A stretch of 45,100 nucleotides of DNA, the filler included, from Jimgerdemannia flammicorona (taxonomy: Eukaryota): assembly GCA_003990765.1 (NCBI GenBank). It is 2 parts of 2 records of this genome, joined end to end, with 100 filler letters (N's around TTAATTAATTAA, not from the genome) between each part and the next. Parts side by side here need not be neighbours in the genome. Positions count along the whole stretch, not along the records: positions 1 to 22,501 come from RBNJ01001262.1; 1 more part is not named here. One strand, written 5' to 3'. The notes below the pieces were generated by a model. That model ran no database searches. It was not told the DNA's origin and worked only from the letters and a program-made list of their open reading frames with translations. The position numbers were made by a program, and so were the translations under genes. Below, piece by piece: positions 1 to 12,420 of this stretch; within the stretch, counting starts at the first letter, position 1, and every line of letters begins with the position of its first letter.

Positions 1-79
1 CCCAAAAAAAAAAAAAAAAAAAAAAAAACATAATAAACTTATATGGGATAGATTGGTATATTAATAAAGGAAGAAGTCC

Positions 80-157
<78 letters not shown>

Positions 158-190
158 TAAAAGATTGATATATTAATAAAGGAAGAAGTT

Positions 191-256
<66 letters not shown>
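1..256 (+). repeat. Stacked poly(A) tracts separated by two short related LINE-3'-end-like segments
   Basis: A-runs at 4-28, 84-152 and 196-256. The last two are preceded by ttaataaaggaagaagtccaagt and ttaataaaggaagaagttaaagt, which resemble the tail of the LINE at 36040 (revcomp cataataaaggagtccaagtaactat-A(n)). Confidence 0.6.
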
Positions 257-259
<3 letters not shown>

Positions 260-2116
260 ACTACTGATGCCTCTGATCTAGCTCTTAGAGCAGTGCTTAT
301 ATAAGAAGGACACCCTGTGGCCTATCATTCTTGCAAGCTCAATGATGCTGAAATCAACTATACAACTTATGAGAAGGAAATGTTAGCTATTATAGATATT
401 CTGATCAAATAGTGACTATACCTAAAAGGAGTATACTTTACCATATTGACTGACCACAAGTCATTAGTCAACATCAAGACCCAGGCTACTCTTTCCCAAA
501 AACAAGCCAGATAGATAAAAGTCCTTACTAACTTTGACTATAAAATCCAATATCACCCTAGTAAGGAAAATATTATTACCAATACAATCTCCAGACTACC
601 AATCAAAGAAGTTATCCAAACTCTCATCTTTGTCACAAACTCTATTATAGAATAAATTATCACAGCATGTGCTGATGATAAGAAAGCTCAAGCACTCTAA
701 GAAATCCTGAGCAGTGATGATACTGATAAGTATACTTAGTACTATCAATACTAACTGAAGGACAATACTATCTACTATAAGAATAGATTACATATTCCAA
801 ATAACTGAGACCTCTGAAGGACTATCCTATTTGAATGTCATAATGCCCCTACAGCTAGATATTTAGAATTTAACAAATGCTATAAAGTTATCTCCCAAAA
901 CTTCTATTGGCTCTATATGACAGATTAGCTTAAGATCTATATTACTTCCTATAATGCCTGCCAATGTAACAAGTTCTCAATACTAGCAAAACCTGGCCTA
1001 CTCCACCCCATCCCAGTACCATCTGCTAATTAGAAACAAATCTCTCTAAACTTTATTATACAACTACTCTGAACTAAAAATGGGAAAGATATAATTATTA
1101 TCTAGATAAACTATCTCAGCAAACAAGCTCACTTTGTGCCAACTATTACTACTGTAATAGCACCAGATATAGCTATCCTCTTGTTTGATAACATTTTCTA
1201 CTATCATGGTCTTTCTAAGATCATTGTTAGTGATTGAGATCTGAAATTCACTAACTATTTTTGGAAAGCCCTCTATATATATCTTAGAACAAAACTTGTA
1301 CTATTTACAGTCTTTTACTCTGAAATTAATGGCCAAACTGAAAGAATGAACTGAACTCTGGAATAAATACTAAGGAACTATATTTCCTACAAATAAGATA
1401 ATTGGTATAAATACCTCACCATAATTAAGTTTGTCTACAATAACAGTAAGTAAGTCTCTCTTAGAATGACTCTATTCTTCACCAATACTGGATAAAACCC
1501 AAACACTCTTCCAATACTTATCCAAACTACTGATGAATCTTCCACTATTGAAGTCATTAAAGAATTCCTACTCTGAATGCACAATTTAAGCCAGATTGGA
1601 ATCAAGAATTTATCATGAGCTCAAGACAACAGTTACAGTATATTAACCAGTACCACCAAGAGGAAACTTTTGATATCAGAGAAAAAGTCCTACTAGACAT
1701 CTGAGAATACTGAGTTGACAACCTCAAGTATAGACTACATATCTACAAAGCTAAATAACAAATTTATTAGACCATTTGAAGTCATTGTATAAGTTTTTCT
1801 AACTTCCTACAAATTGATACTACTAGACACCATTAAGATTCACCCAGTCTTCAATGTTCAATGTCTCAAGTAATATAATAAAAATAATGATGAGCTATTT
1901 CCAAACTGAACTACAGAACTACCTATACCTGTTATTATTAATAACCAAGAGAAATACAAAGTTGAACAAATCCTCAACAAATATAGTCACAAGAACTATC
2001 TTGAGTACCTTGTCAAATGAAAAGATTATCTGATCTATGATACAATATAGGAACCCAAGACCAATCTTCAGAATGTCACTGACTTAGTTTAGGAATATGA
2101 TTTCTTAAATAACTAA
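257..2116 (+). pseudogene. Ty3/Gypsy (chromovirus) pol relic: RNase H - integrase - chromodomain
   Basis: Manual translation gives VTTDASDLALxAVL...PVAYHS..L...E.NY..YEKEMLA (RNase H), integrase IVSD.D.KF and NGQTERMN motifs, an HPVFNV segment, and YKVEQIL...EYLVK(W)K.Y....(W)EP..NL (chromodomain). Many in-frame stops are explained by C>T or G>A changes. Confidence 0.92.
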
Positions 2117-2529
2117 AACCAAACACTCTTACACCTATCAGTACATACTATATATTATCCTCCAGAACATTATAATTATCATGAACAAAATCAAGAACTC
2201 AGCAAGTCAAGATAAAATACCAACTCTTTAGAAAAATAGTAAAACTGAAAGCCAGTCTATTCTCTCTGTACCACTGGTGAGAAATAAGGCATAAATATTT
2301 AAGAAGATTCTTTAGAGGAAATTCTCCAATAGTGAATGATGTCAGAATTACTTCTGGCATATAGTATTAAATATATAATCCTTTAATATGTAAATCTAAT
2401 ATATTAGACAACTATACTATAAGCATACTACTTTCTGAGAAAAATAGACTTTACTGGACTTTTGACCATCTAAATAGTGTAACAACACTAGACCAAAATT
2501 AGAAGACTCTGACAAGGATGTCAAAAGCT

Positions 2530-2725
2530 AAGAAGGGGAGAGTTGTAAGCACACAATCTCTAAGCTACTGAAATCACATACAACCTCTGAACAAATTTGA
2601 AAATCATTTATAAGATTATGAAGTTGAGTCAAACTGAAGTCACAGCATATAAAGCTGAGTTAACTTGAAGTTACAAAATATAAGATTTATACAAATGAAG
2701 TCTTACCAATTAGAACTGAATATAT
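2530..2725 (+). mobile_element. Polypurine tract and start of the 3' LTR of the chromovirus
   Basis: aagaaggggagag (2530-2542) is followed by TGTAAGC at 2544. The same LTR start recurs at 15937 and, more diverged, at 16146. Confidence 0.75.
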
Positions 2726-3530
2726 ATACAAATATGACTACTAAGATCTATAACTATATCTGTGCTGATATTTGGAATATCATTATTAACCAAGCTATAC
2801 CTCCTCTGCTCCTTATAAATATCTATAGCTTAGCACCTCTCTACTTTGTAGAAGTCTGATGGAATGCTCTGAATATACTTAGTGAGGCCTACTAAATTGA
2901 ATAAATCTTAAGCTACTACTAAATCAGCTACCTTCTAGAAGACATAGTTGAATACCACCATAATACAGATATTATTCAAATATCTCAGCATCAGAAACTA
3001 ATTGCTCACAAACATCAAGAACTCTTCTATAAGTATAGTACCTTTATTCCACACCTCTGAGTTACTACTACTGAAATGGTTACAACTCTGTCCTATGGCC
3101 AAATTGATGATATGATATAAGAACTTAACCATAAGTATATTGAGTACATCTAGACTATAGACAGAATATTCTCATATTTCAATAACCATATTCTGCAAAT
3201 ATCTCAAGTTAGATATACTATGAAGAACATCTATAATATAATCCAGTTCAACAATGATGAAGCAGAAGACAATGATCTCTCTGATGCTGATATGACCTCA
3301 AGCCAAGGATCTCTACCAACTCTAATTACCCCATCAACCTTGCTAATGAACTTACAACAGTTTATAACCACCTATAAGACCTATTGGGATAATGACCACT
3401 GGCATGAATACTAGCTTGCATTCATCTCTGATTACTTCAACTATAATGAAGAGACTGGAGAACATAATCTATATCTCCAGACAACCCTTGAGATTAAACC
3501 AACAACTCCACCACCTGAGTATGAGTACTT
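2725..3530 (+). pseudogene. Degenerate ORF of unknown function joined to the LTR start; copy of 19450-20255
   Basis: ORFs 2665-2859 and 3220-3414 are in the same frame and are separated only by stops explicable as C>T. The region is colinear with 19450-20255. Confidence 0.7.
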
Positions 3531-5039
3531 GCTGATAGAAAATATTATTATTCTTAGTAGACATATCATTGTTATCTTTAAGTATAGTATTAGATTTTCT
3601 TAATTTTACATAAGTCTCTATTAGAATACTTACTAGTTTATATTCACTCATATTGAATTATTTGAGAATAGCTTTGGTATAAGTTTCTAGTAAGAGATAT
3701 ATAGTATATATACTCCTATTATATATAATAGATATCTCTAAAAGGAAAGATATATTACCCATATTCATTATTTTGAATTCTTAGTATAAAGCTTCTTTGA
3801 CTCTATTAAGTTTATTTTTACTAGTAATAATAATGATATTATCTACCTATATATCTATAAAAGCTATACTGCTATTATTATTATACTAGATATATATAAT
3901 TATCTACTTTACAATATATAAATCTATTATCAAGAAGATGTTTATCAATCTTTTATTTCATAGGTATACTACTTACTTAATACTATATAGTTCTTTATAT
4001 AACTTATATATAAGATCATAGTTCTGACTATTATATAGTTTATATCAATCTATTGATAGATATATAGCTTGGTATCTATATTACTATTGAGAAAAGCTAT
4101 CTTAATATTCATCTGATATATTTCTAAATTATATAATATATTAATTATAAGAAGTATTTTTAGTAAAGTAAGCTTGAATATAAATAAAAAAGTCTCATTA
4201 TAGTCTATGCCATATTCTTATAAATATCTCTTGATAACAAAATAAGTTTTATATCACTCTATACTTCTGTCTCTCTTGTGCTTAATTTTATAAATTCACT
4301 TTAATTTAATAATTTGACAATTTGGCAAAAGGAGTACTAAATTTCATATACTATTCTGGATAAATAAATTATATTCTTCATCTATAGTTTACTTCTATTT
4401 CTCACTATCAGAATAATTATAGCTTTATTATATATGTTTAACTTACTGAAAGTTATAATATATTTATATTTATATATTAGCATAGCTCATATGATCTCTG
4501 CATTACTCTCTGAGACTTACTGATATATTCTAATAACTTCTTAAATCAGAATGGGTTTTATGATAAATATTAGAGCACTTTTATATTTACTTACTCTTTA
4601 TAGATCTTTTATTACTTAAGGATTTGCTATTATCTTTATTTTTAATCTTTATTATTCTTGGCTCAGACAATTCTAGCTTAGGCTTAGATATATATAGTAG
4701 TTGAAAATAGTTTCTATTCATTTTTTGAGAGGTAGATAATAGTTGAAAAACTAATATTGGCTATTATACTAATTGGGATATAAAAGTCTCAATAGATATA
4801 TCTATATAGAATTCTTGATTTTCTTTTCTCTGAACTATATATTATATATTATTTCTTATATAAATTCTAGAGTCTATTAAACTGCTAGCTATAGAAAAAT
4901 TATTTGATAGTATTCAAAGTATTGTATAGATCTATCTATTATAGTTTATATTTTAGAACCTATCAGAACTGTACTGAGTTTTAAGTTGAGACAATTACTA
5001 AATAAGAGAAGAATATGACTAAAGAAGAGTAGATCACTG

Positions 5040-6226
5040 AGTATCAGATATATATATATCTCTTTCTTTACTATCTTACTGGTTACAAGATTTAGTAGAC
5101 AATCTTTTAAGTTTATTTTTTATATCTTATATCTTCTCTACCTCAGATTGATTTGTTATATCTATTGTAAGATAGTGAGAGAGAGATAATAGTGATGAGT
5201 TGTTTCTTTATTAGTATCAGATCAGTATCTTTTCTACTTTTTTGCAATTTCTAATATCTCTGGCTATATTTAGAGTATACTCATTTTAGTGTAATACCTT
5301 CTTCTTTTTACTATTATCAATAAGATATTATCTCAGTATATTATAGACTATATAGAAAGTTGGCTGATCTTGGATATTAAGTATTAGTATAGGTTATTTA
5401 TAGATTCTTAGTACCTATAATAGGACTCTCTAAGTCTTAGTGAGCTTCTTAGTAAGTAGTTCTGGTGAGTGACTATTTCTTATATAAAATTAGAATAGAA
5501 GGAGAGATAGCTATAATAAATAGGTAGAAGAGTGATTACAGTAGACCAGTCAGATATCAGACTGATAATAGTTATCAAGACTAAGATAGATACAATATTA
5601 GTAGAGCTTTATAATTGATATAGAGTGATTAGGTAGTAGGTGTTACTCTCAGCTATTCTCAGTATACTATAATATTACTTAGAGATTGTTGAAGAACCCA
5701 AGACTACCCAGGTTAGATATTTTAGCTGATAATCAACTAGAACTAAGAACTGATATAGCAATATAATTAAGGTCTATAGGCTTAAGTAATGAGATATTGG
5801 AGATTTTCTCTCATCTTATATATAAGTTCTCTACTATCTCATTGAAAAGAACTAGATCCTACTTACTATTCTGTATTTTTTAGAAAGTTTTTTTTTTTAT
5901 CTATTACTCTATTTTAGATAGTAGAGACTATTCTATTTAGCTCAGATATAGTCTTATATATATATATATTAGATTTTTGAGTATATATCTTCAGTTGTTA
6001 GTATATGGTTACTTTTCTCTTAATAGTAGAAAGAGTATGATATATAAAATGAGATATGAGTAATAATACTCTGCTATATCTAGTATAGTTAAGCTGCTAG
6101 ATAATAACTAACCTAGATTAATAGAAGTATAGTACTTAGGAGATGATGGGAGAGAGTTTTAGTCTATATAGTCTAGATTCTCTTTTAATAAAAATCTATA
6201 AGACTTTGAGTCTATTAAAAAAAAAA
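5040..6226 (+). mobile_element. Heavily mutated 3' part of a poly(A) retroelement (same family as 16934-18146)
   Basis: Colinear with 16934-18146, e.g. tctctacctcagattgatttg vs tctctacctcaggttggtttg, and ends aataaaaatctataagactttgagtctatt-A10. The 5' boundary is uncertain. Confidence 0.75.
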
Positions 6227-7099
6227 CTCATAATTATATAGATTGTATAGATGTATAAAATATAGATCTCATAACTTTATAAAATAACTTATAGAAAAAA
6301 AAGTTCTAACTTAGCTACTATATAGCTAGCAAATATATATAAATATCTCTAGTATCTAGAGTAAATAAATCTCAGATTGAAATAGTTCAAAGCAAAGAGG
6401 TAAGAGAACTAGTAAGTTTGTAAACAAATATGTATACTTTGAACTTATCTACCCCTATATTAGAGAACTCTGAGGAGTTAAAGAAGACTAAGTATTCAAG
6501 ATAAAGAAATTTACTATATTTCTACAATTATATATCTACTATATTATACTATATTAATATTAAGGTCTCCCTCAAAGATTTAGCTGAGATTCTGATATTA
6601 TACTTGGAAATTGAAGTACTCATTTTACAAAATTTCCTAAAGTTTGAAGAGTGAGTAGTTAATTTATTTCATACTAGAAATAAAATATTTAATTTATAGT
6701 AATTTAAAATATTAGATATTTGTACTACTTTTTCACTATAACTTATTTACTATAGTATGCTTAGCTAAACAGAAGTTCAGACAAAGTAACTATTATATAA
6801 GCTACATAATATCAAAATACTGACAACCAATATCAAAATACTAAAATACTATAATATTATAGCAAATTTAACAATAATAGACAGATAAACAACTTTACTA
6901 TCTTTTAATTTTAAGTATTATTTACCTGCAACATCAATATATCTATAGGTTAAAAGATATCATTTTTCTAAAACTATTCTTTTTCTGAAATTATCTCTAT
7001 CTGGAGATCAACATCAACTTAAAGGTCAACTTAGACTTAAAGATCAACTTAGACTTAGAGACTAACTTGAAGGTTAACTTAGGGATCCATACTATCTAT

Positions 7100-7285
7100 A
7101 GAATCACTATAAGCTCATTTATTACATACTTATTTATTATAAACTCATTCACTATAAACTTATTCACTATATACTATTTATCACAAACTTGATTACTATA
7201 TATCTATTTACTATAAACTCATTTATTAACTTATTCATTACAAACTCATTTACTACAAACTCATTCACTATAAATTCATAAAATC
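7100..7285. repeat. Degenerate ~17-nt tandem repeat (cactataaactcattta-like)
   Basis: Repeated actataaactcatt/ttatt units upstream of the Tc1-like transposase; possibly subterminal repeats. Confidence 0.55.
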
Positions 7286-7426
7286 TTCACAGCTCCTTTA
7301 ATATATAAAGCACTAATTTAAAATTAATATCATTATATCTCACTATCATTACTAACTATAGATTATATTTTACTAATTATAAATCATTAAATATATAAAT
7401 ATATAAATTATAATAACAGATACTCA

Positions 7427-8947
7427 TAGCTTCATTATCTAATGTTAAAATCTCTATGCTTATAGTATAATTAACAAGAATATAAACACCAACTGTCTAC
7501 TAAATATTATAAAAAAAAATCAATTAATCAAAGAATTTCCACTTTTATATCCTAAAGATAAAATTTTAATAATAAAAGAAAAATACTTAGCTATTTAGAT
7601 ATATTATGAACTTCTTGTAGAAATTGCTATAAAGATAATATATATTAAATATGCTCTTCAATATATATACATATATATTGAACTTTTTTTTAAAAAAAAA
7701 ACTATAGAAAATATTTAACTTAAATGGTAATTAAATTAAGACTTTATAATAATTTAATCTAGATATAGAAGAGTAGATTAAAAATTATACTGAACTCATT
7801 ACCAAATGTCTGATATTCAAATAATTACTATAAATCTCAACTATAAAGGAGAATCTATCACTATATAAAAAGTTTTAAAAGAGATAAATTTAGTAAGATA
7901 TCTAAAAGACTATGGCTTTATTTTATATTGAACAATATATATAGCTATATTTTACAACTCTTAGAATTTTTTTATCAAAAGATATCAAAGACTATTAATT
8001 TTCAAGAAACTGATACAATCAAATAATAATATAAAAAATATCTTCAGTATTATAAAAAGGCTAAAGAGTCTAGTAGAATTAAATTATAATTAGATGAATC
8101 ATGGTTTTGCTCTAGAGATTTTGTATGAAGAGAAAAATGAGAATACTGCTAAGTAATTATATATTGTAATAGAGCAGATAAATAAATTGGAATTTTTTTA
8201 ATTTTTAAAGTAAATTTAAGTATTAGTAATTATTATGATAATATGAATACTAAAATATTTGAAAAATATTTTAGAATATTATACAATCAAATTCTACCCA
8301 AGTATTTATAAGAAAGAGTAAAAAAAAGTTTATTTATTTATATAGATAATTTAGCTTATCATAAGTAAGTTGAAGGACTTTAAGATGGAATTTCAAAGTT
8401 GAAAAAGCAAGAGCTAATTAACTGAATGAAAAAATGTAAACCTGAGTTAACAGATGAAAATATCTTTAATGAAAAGATAAAATAAGATATTTATTCTATT
8501 TATCAATAAGAATCTTAGAAATTTGCAATAAAAGAAATTGTAAAAACTTATAAATTTGAAGTTTATTAGCTTCCACCATATTATCCAATGCTTAATCCAA
8601 TTAAAGAAGTATAGAGAATTACTAAAGAATATGTTATAGATATTAATAATAGAAAGAACTTTTAAAAGATTAAAAACTATATTAAAAAAGACTTTATAAA
8701 AGTTATTTCAGAAGTTTAGAATAATCTTATTAAAAGAGTTTATAAAAATAAAGAAAATTTAGTTATAAAATATAATATTCTTACAGAAAAAGAAGCTAAA
8801 GCCAATTCTTTAATTATTAATTTAGATTCAGAATTAGAAGATAATTTTAATAATAATAATAGTAATTTAAATAATTTAACTTTTAAAGACTTGATTAATA
8901 ATAAAGATATTACTAGTAAATTAGTTTATAAATTTGATTATTTGTAA
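7427..8947 (+). pseudogene. IS630/Tc1/mariner-type DDE transposase relic with long spacer (DD85E)
   Basis: LDESW at 8090-8104, (D)Y(H)DNMN..IFEKYF near 8230, DNLAYH at 8345, and LPPY(H)PMLNPI(E)EV(W) at 8570-8614. Start and end are approximate. Confidence 0.8.
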
Positions 8948-9312
8948 ATATTATATAATAAATATATTAAATAAATAAAATTATCTAAAATATAATAATA
9001 TGTATTATTATTAAAAAATAAATCTAATTAAATTCAAATTATTATTATATTTTAAATATATTTTAAATCTCTAATAAAAATTTCCATATCTCTATAAATA
9101 TATATCCAAATTTAACAAAACTATTTTTTCTGAATTTGCCTGATTAAATACTTTCTGAAAATATAATTTTCATTGAATTTAGATGAGAAAATTGACAAAA
9201 TGTCCATGAGTTATAGGATTAGCAGTCACACAACATATGACAGGCACTTTGCCTGAACCCCTGTTCAGCTATAACGACATTCCAACAGGGGCAACGCTTA
9301 GAGGAACGTAGC

Positions 9313-9319
9313 TATAAAA
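9313..9319 (+). promoter_or_regulatory. TATA box candidate
   Basis: TATAAAA about 85 bp upstream of the ATG at 9402. Confidence 0.35.
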
Positions 9320-9401
9320 GCTTGCTTTGGTGAGGGTCATTCCGCCTTTTAAAACGTTAACCCTCCTCTACAATCAAATCGGTTCTTACCATTACTGCCA
9401 A

Positions 9402-9744
9402 ATGGACGAACTGCAACAGGCGAGACCGATATTCAATCTAATCGACAGGTCTGCGCTGCCTTGACGGCTGGTCATTGGCGTAAGTTCAAAGAACAGCCGC
9501 TTTGCCTTTCGGCCGCGAACATGGGTTGTCATCGTACTTCTCACCTACTCTACAGGAATATAAAGAGCTCACTGCCGTAATCGCCACCTTGACCAAACAT
9601 CTCGCGGAGGATAGGGCCAAGCATCGTGACACAATCCAGGAGCTCGAGGCCGATATCGAGGCGCGTAATACCGGGATCAAGGTGATGGAAGCTGAGATCA
9701 AGGCCAAGAAGGAACTTGGAGACGTATTCCAGCTGGCGGCTTGA
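9402..9744 (+). CDS. Putative small coiled-coil protein (exons 9402-9419 and 9556-9744, GC-AG intron; 68 aa)
   Basis: MDELQQ with donor cag|gcgaga and acceptor ctactctacag|, then EYKELTAVIATLTKHLAEDRAKHRDTIQELEADIEARNTGIKVMEAEIKAKKELGDVFQLAA*. The sequence is heptad-like with CpG-retaining genic codon usage. Confidence 0.45.
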
Positions 9745-10333
9745 AACAATCTCGGCTCAGTACGAATGAACTTGGTGAAATTATTTATCCGTTGATACGA
9801 GTAATCACCAAGACTACATCCAATAGCACATGCCATGGATCAGTCCATCTCTTGACGTAATAAAGGGGATAAACTAAACCTTATCACGGCAACTGCAACT
9901 GTTTTCATCTCTGGAGGGAACATTGGTTTCCTTTACTTTAGATTCTGTCAACCCCCACGGGCACATTTCGAGGAGGGCAGCAGATCACGTCACACGTGTC
10001 ACGACCCCCCATGAGCCATGAAAGCGTGGGTGGCGTTTAACCATGGTCGCGAGAGAATGTGCTAGCAGCCAAAATGGCCAGTCACGCCGGCGAGCCGCAA
10101 GGGGAATGACCAGAGGAGGGCTGAGGGTGTGATGTGTTTCTGATTTGGATCTGAGGCAGGGCGAGCGCTGACCAATCAACCACGCGCCGTCCCCCTCAGC
10201 TTGGACCCCACGGCTTTATTAGGTCGAGACTCCCTCACCACCCGACACCTCTTGCTCCTATTTCTCCTCCCACACCTACTCAACCCTCTCAACCAACCCC
10301 CCCCCTCTCTCTCAACCCCTACCCCTAGCTCTA

Positions 10334-11114
10334 ATGGATAAGTTCAAGATCGTAAGTGTCTTTTACCTTTAGGGATCGGACAGGATGCGTATGACGCGCT
10401 GCTCTGATCAGCAGTCGTCAGTTGATCTCGTGACGTTTACGGATGAAAACCAGATGGCCTTGCACCTAGAGCAACCGTAATCCCATCTGGTTTTCTTGAT
10501 TGTGTTTCTATTCTCTCGACATCTGTTCTGTCATTCACCCTTACCCTCCTATCTTCCTACAAATCCCACTTCGTTCTCCAGAAACTCGAATCGCTACGCA
10601 ACGAGGCTGACGCCGCGGTAGCCCGCGCAGAGACTTCCGAGGCCAAGGTCAAGCAGCTCGAGGCTGAACATATCTCCAAGGATCACGATATTCAGTCGCT
10701 CACCATCCGTGTCAAGAACCTTGAGGAGCAGCTCGACAAGGCAGAAACCAGCCTGACCGATACCACGAAGAAGTATGAGTCGTTTTTATTTTTTATTTTC
10801 ATCATTGATATGGTTTGGGAGATAAGTTGGACAAGAACTGTATTAAAGTGTGTAGGCGGGGATTGAGACCTCTGGTCAGTTTGGGACTATTTGATCAATA
10901 GCCATGAGTATAGTCGCAAACTTGATCTGACCTCCCACCTTTCTTTTTCAGCTTCAACGAGGCGGATCTCAAGGCTGAGGCCTTTGAACGCCGTGTCAAC
11001 AAGCTCGAGGCTGAGCTGGTTGAGAAGGAGAAGAAGCTCGAGGAAGCCCAGGAGGCCCACAGGGCGCTTAAGCAAGAGTACGAAGAATTCGCGAAGTCGC
11101 TGGACGAAGCGTAA
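10334..11114 (+). CDS. TPM: Fungal tropomyosin, 123 aa (exons 10334-10351, 10582-10772, 10952-11114)
   Basis: MDKFKI|KLESLRNEADAAVARAETSEAKVKQLEAEHISKDHDIQSLTIRVKNLEEQLDKAETSLTDTTK|NFNEADLKAEAFERRVNKLEAELVEKEKKLEEAQEAHRALKQEYEEFAKSLDEA*. Introns are canonical (gtaagt..ccag, gtatga..tcag). The N-terminus and the AE.FER.V..LE motif are Cdc8/Tpm-like. Confidence 0.92.
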
Positions 11115-12184
11115 ATCTCTGGCCGGAAGGGAAGGAATGCGACGCGATTGGCCTTTGGCCGTTCCGTTTGTTCTGTGTCTGTTAATACTCTCGCACGTGG
11201 TTGTTTACATGGGTATTGCAGGGGCTAGGGGTCTCATGTTTTATATTGTAATTAAACCTCTCCAATTCGAATCAATATCCTCTCACGGGGTCTACTGTAC
11301 CCTTTTCACTTTACTTCGCTTTCGCATGTTCCATTGTGATGATTATGTCTGGTGTAAAATGGCTAGAGCTTATTAAGCTTGGCGTGCTAAGAAAGGCGAA
11401 AGATACACAATAATATGGAGTGTGCGCAACAAAACGAGACAAGTGCACATAAAACTGGTTACTTGGAGAAGGATGACGTTGCTTTCCTCACCTCTTTCAT
11501 TTCTTTTTTAAAAATGCTGTCGCTATTTATGCTCAGTTTTATTCTTTTCCTTCACTTAGCATAGTGAGCTTCCGGATCACACATTTTTCATAGTCCTGAT
11601 AAATTGGTTATTTCGGATTACTCTATCTATTTTAAGAAAACAAGGTACAATCCTTAATTGTAATTGTGGAACATCACGCCCAGATCAGCCTTAAACAGTT
11701 CTTTATATTTTTCTCATACTTCAATATATTAATTGACCCACGTGGCAGAATCAAGACCATTAATGTCGGGCGAGAGTGAGACCTTGGGAGTAATGAGCAT
11801 CCGACTGTAGTTAGCTTTACCTTGATCCTTGGAAGAGGATCCTCGTTGGTCAAAAGGATTTGAGGCTAATTTCCCTACTGAGATTGTAATTAAAAAGCCT
11901 ATCAGTTTATATGCTTTATTAATCTTGGTAATAATTTCTTTTAAAACTGATTATATATAATACTCAATAACTAAAATATACAATAGATTTATATGTTGTG
12001 AGCTAATATTGTAAAAGAAAAAGTTCAATATATAGTATTTAAGAACTCTTTTATTATAATTAGTTAAATAGTAAAATAAATAATTATTTATAATAATTTA
12101 TTATTTATTAAAACTAGATGGTTTTATTTATTTATTTTAAAAATTGTTTTTTATTTTTATTTTTATTTTATTTTATTTTTTAAA

Positions 12185-12185
<1 letters not shown>

Positions 12186-12236
<51 letters not shown>

Positions 12237-12237
12237 T
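12186..12237. repeat. (TTA)n microsatellite
   Basis: Run of attattatt... Confidence 0.9.
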
Positions 12238-12420
12238 AATTCTTAGTTTATATACTATGATAGTTGATCTAAATTAAAAAGTATAATCAGAGAATAGATA
12301 TTTGATTATAGTACTTAAATCTAATTCTCAATATAGTATAATTTATATAATTATATAAAAAGTATAACTATAAAAAACTTACAATTATATAGATTATATA
12401 GATATATAATTTATACAGAT

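Noticed and set aside
61..261. Poly-Phe ORF
   Set aside because: Translation of poly(A) tracts on the minus strand.
3530..5040. Possible coding relic in AT-rich DNA
   Set aside because: Too eroded; no motif could be recovered by eye on either strand.
10891..11376. 161-aa ORF with a tropomyosin-like length
   Set aside because: Wrong frame over intron 2 and exon 3; the real tropomyosin frame is the spliced one.
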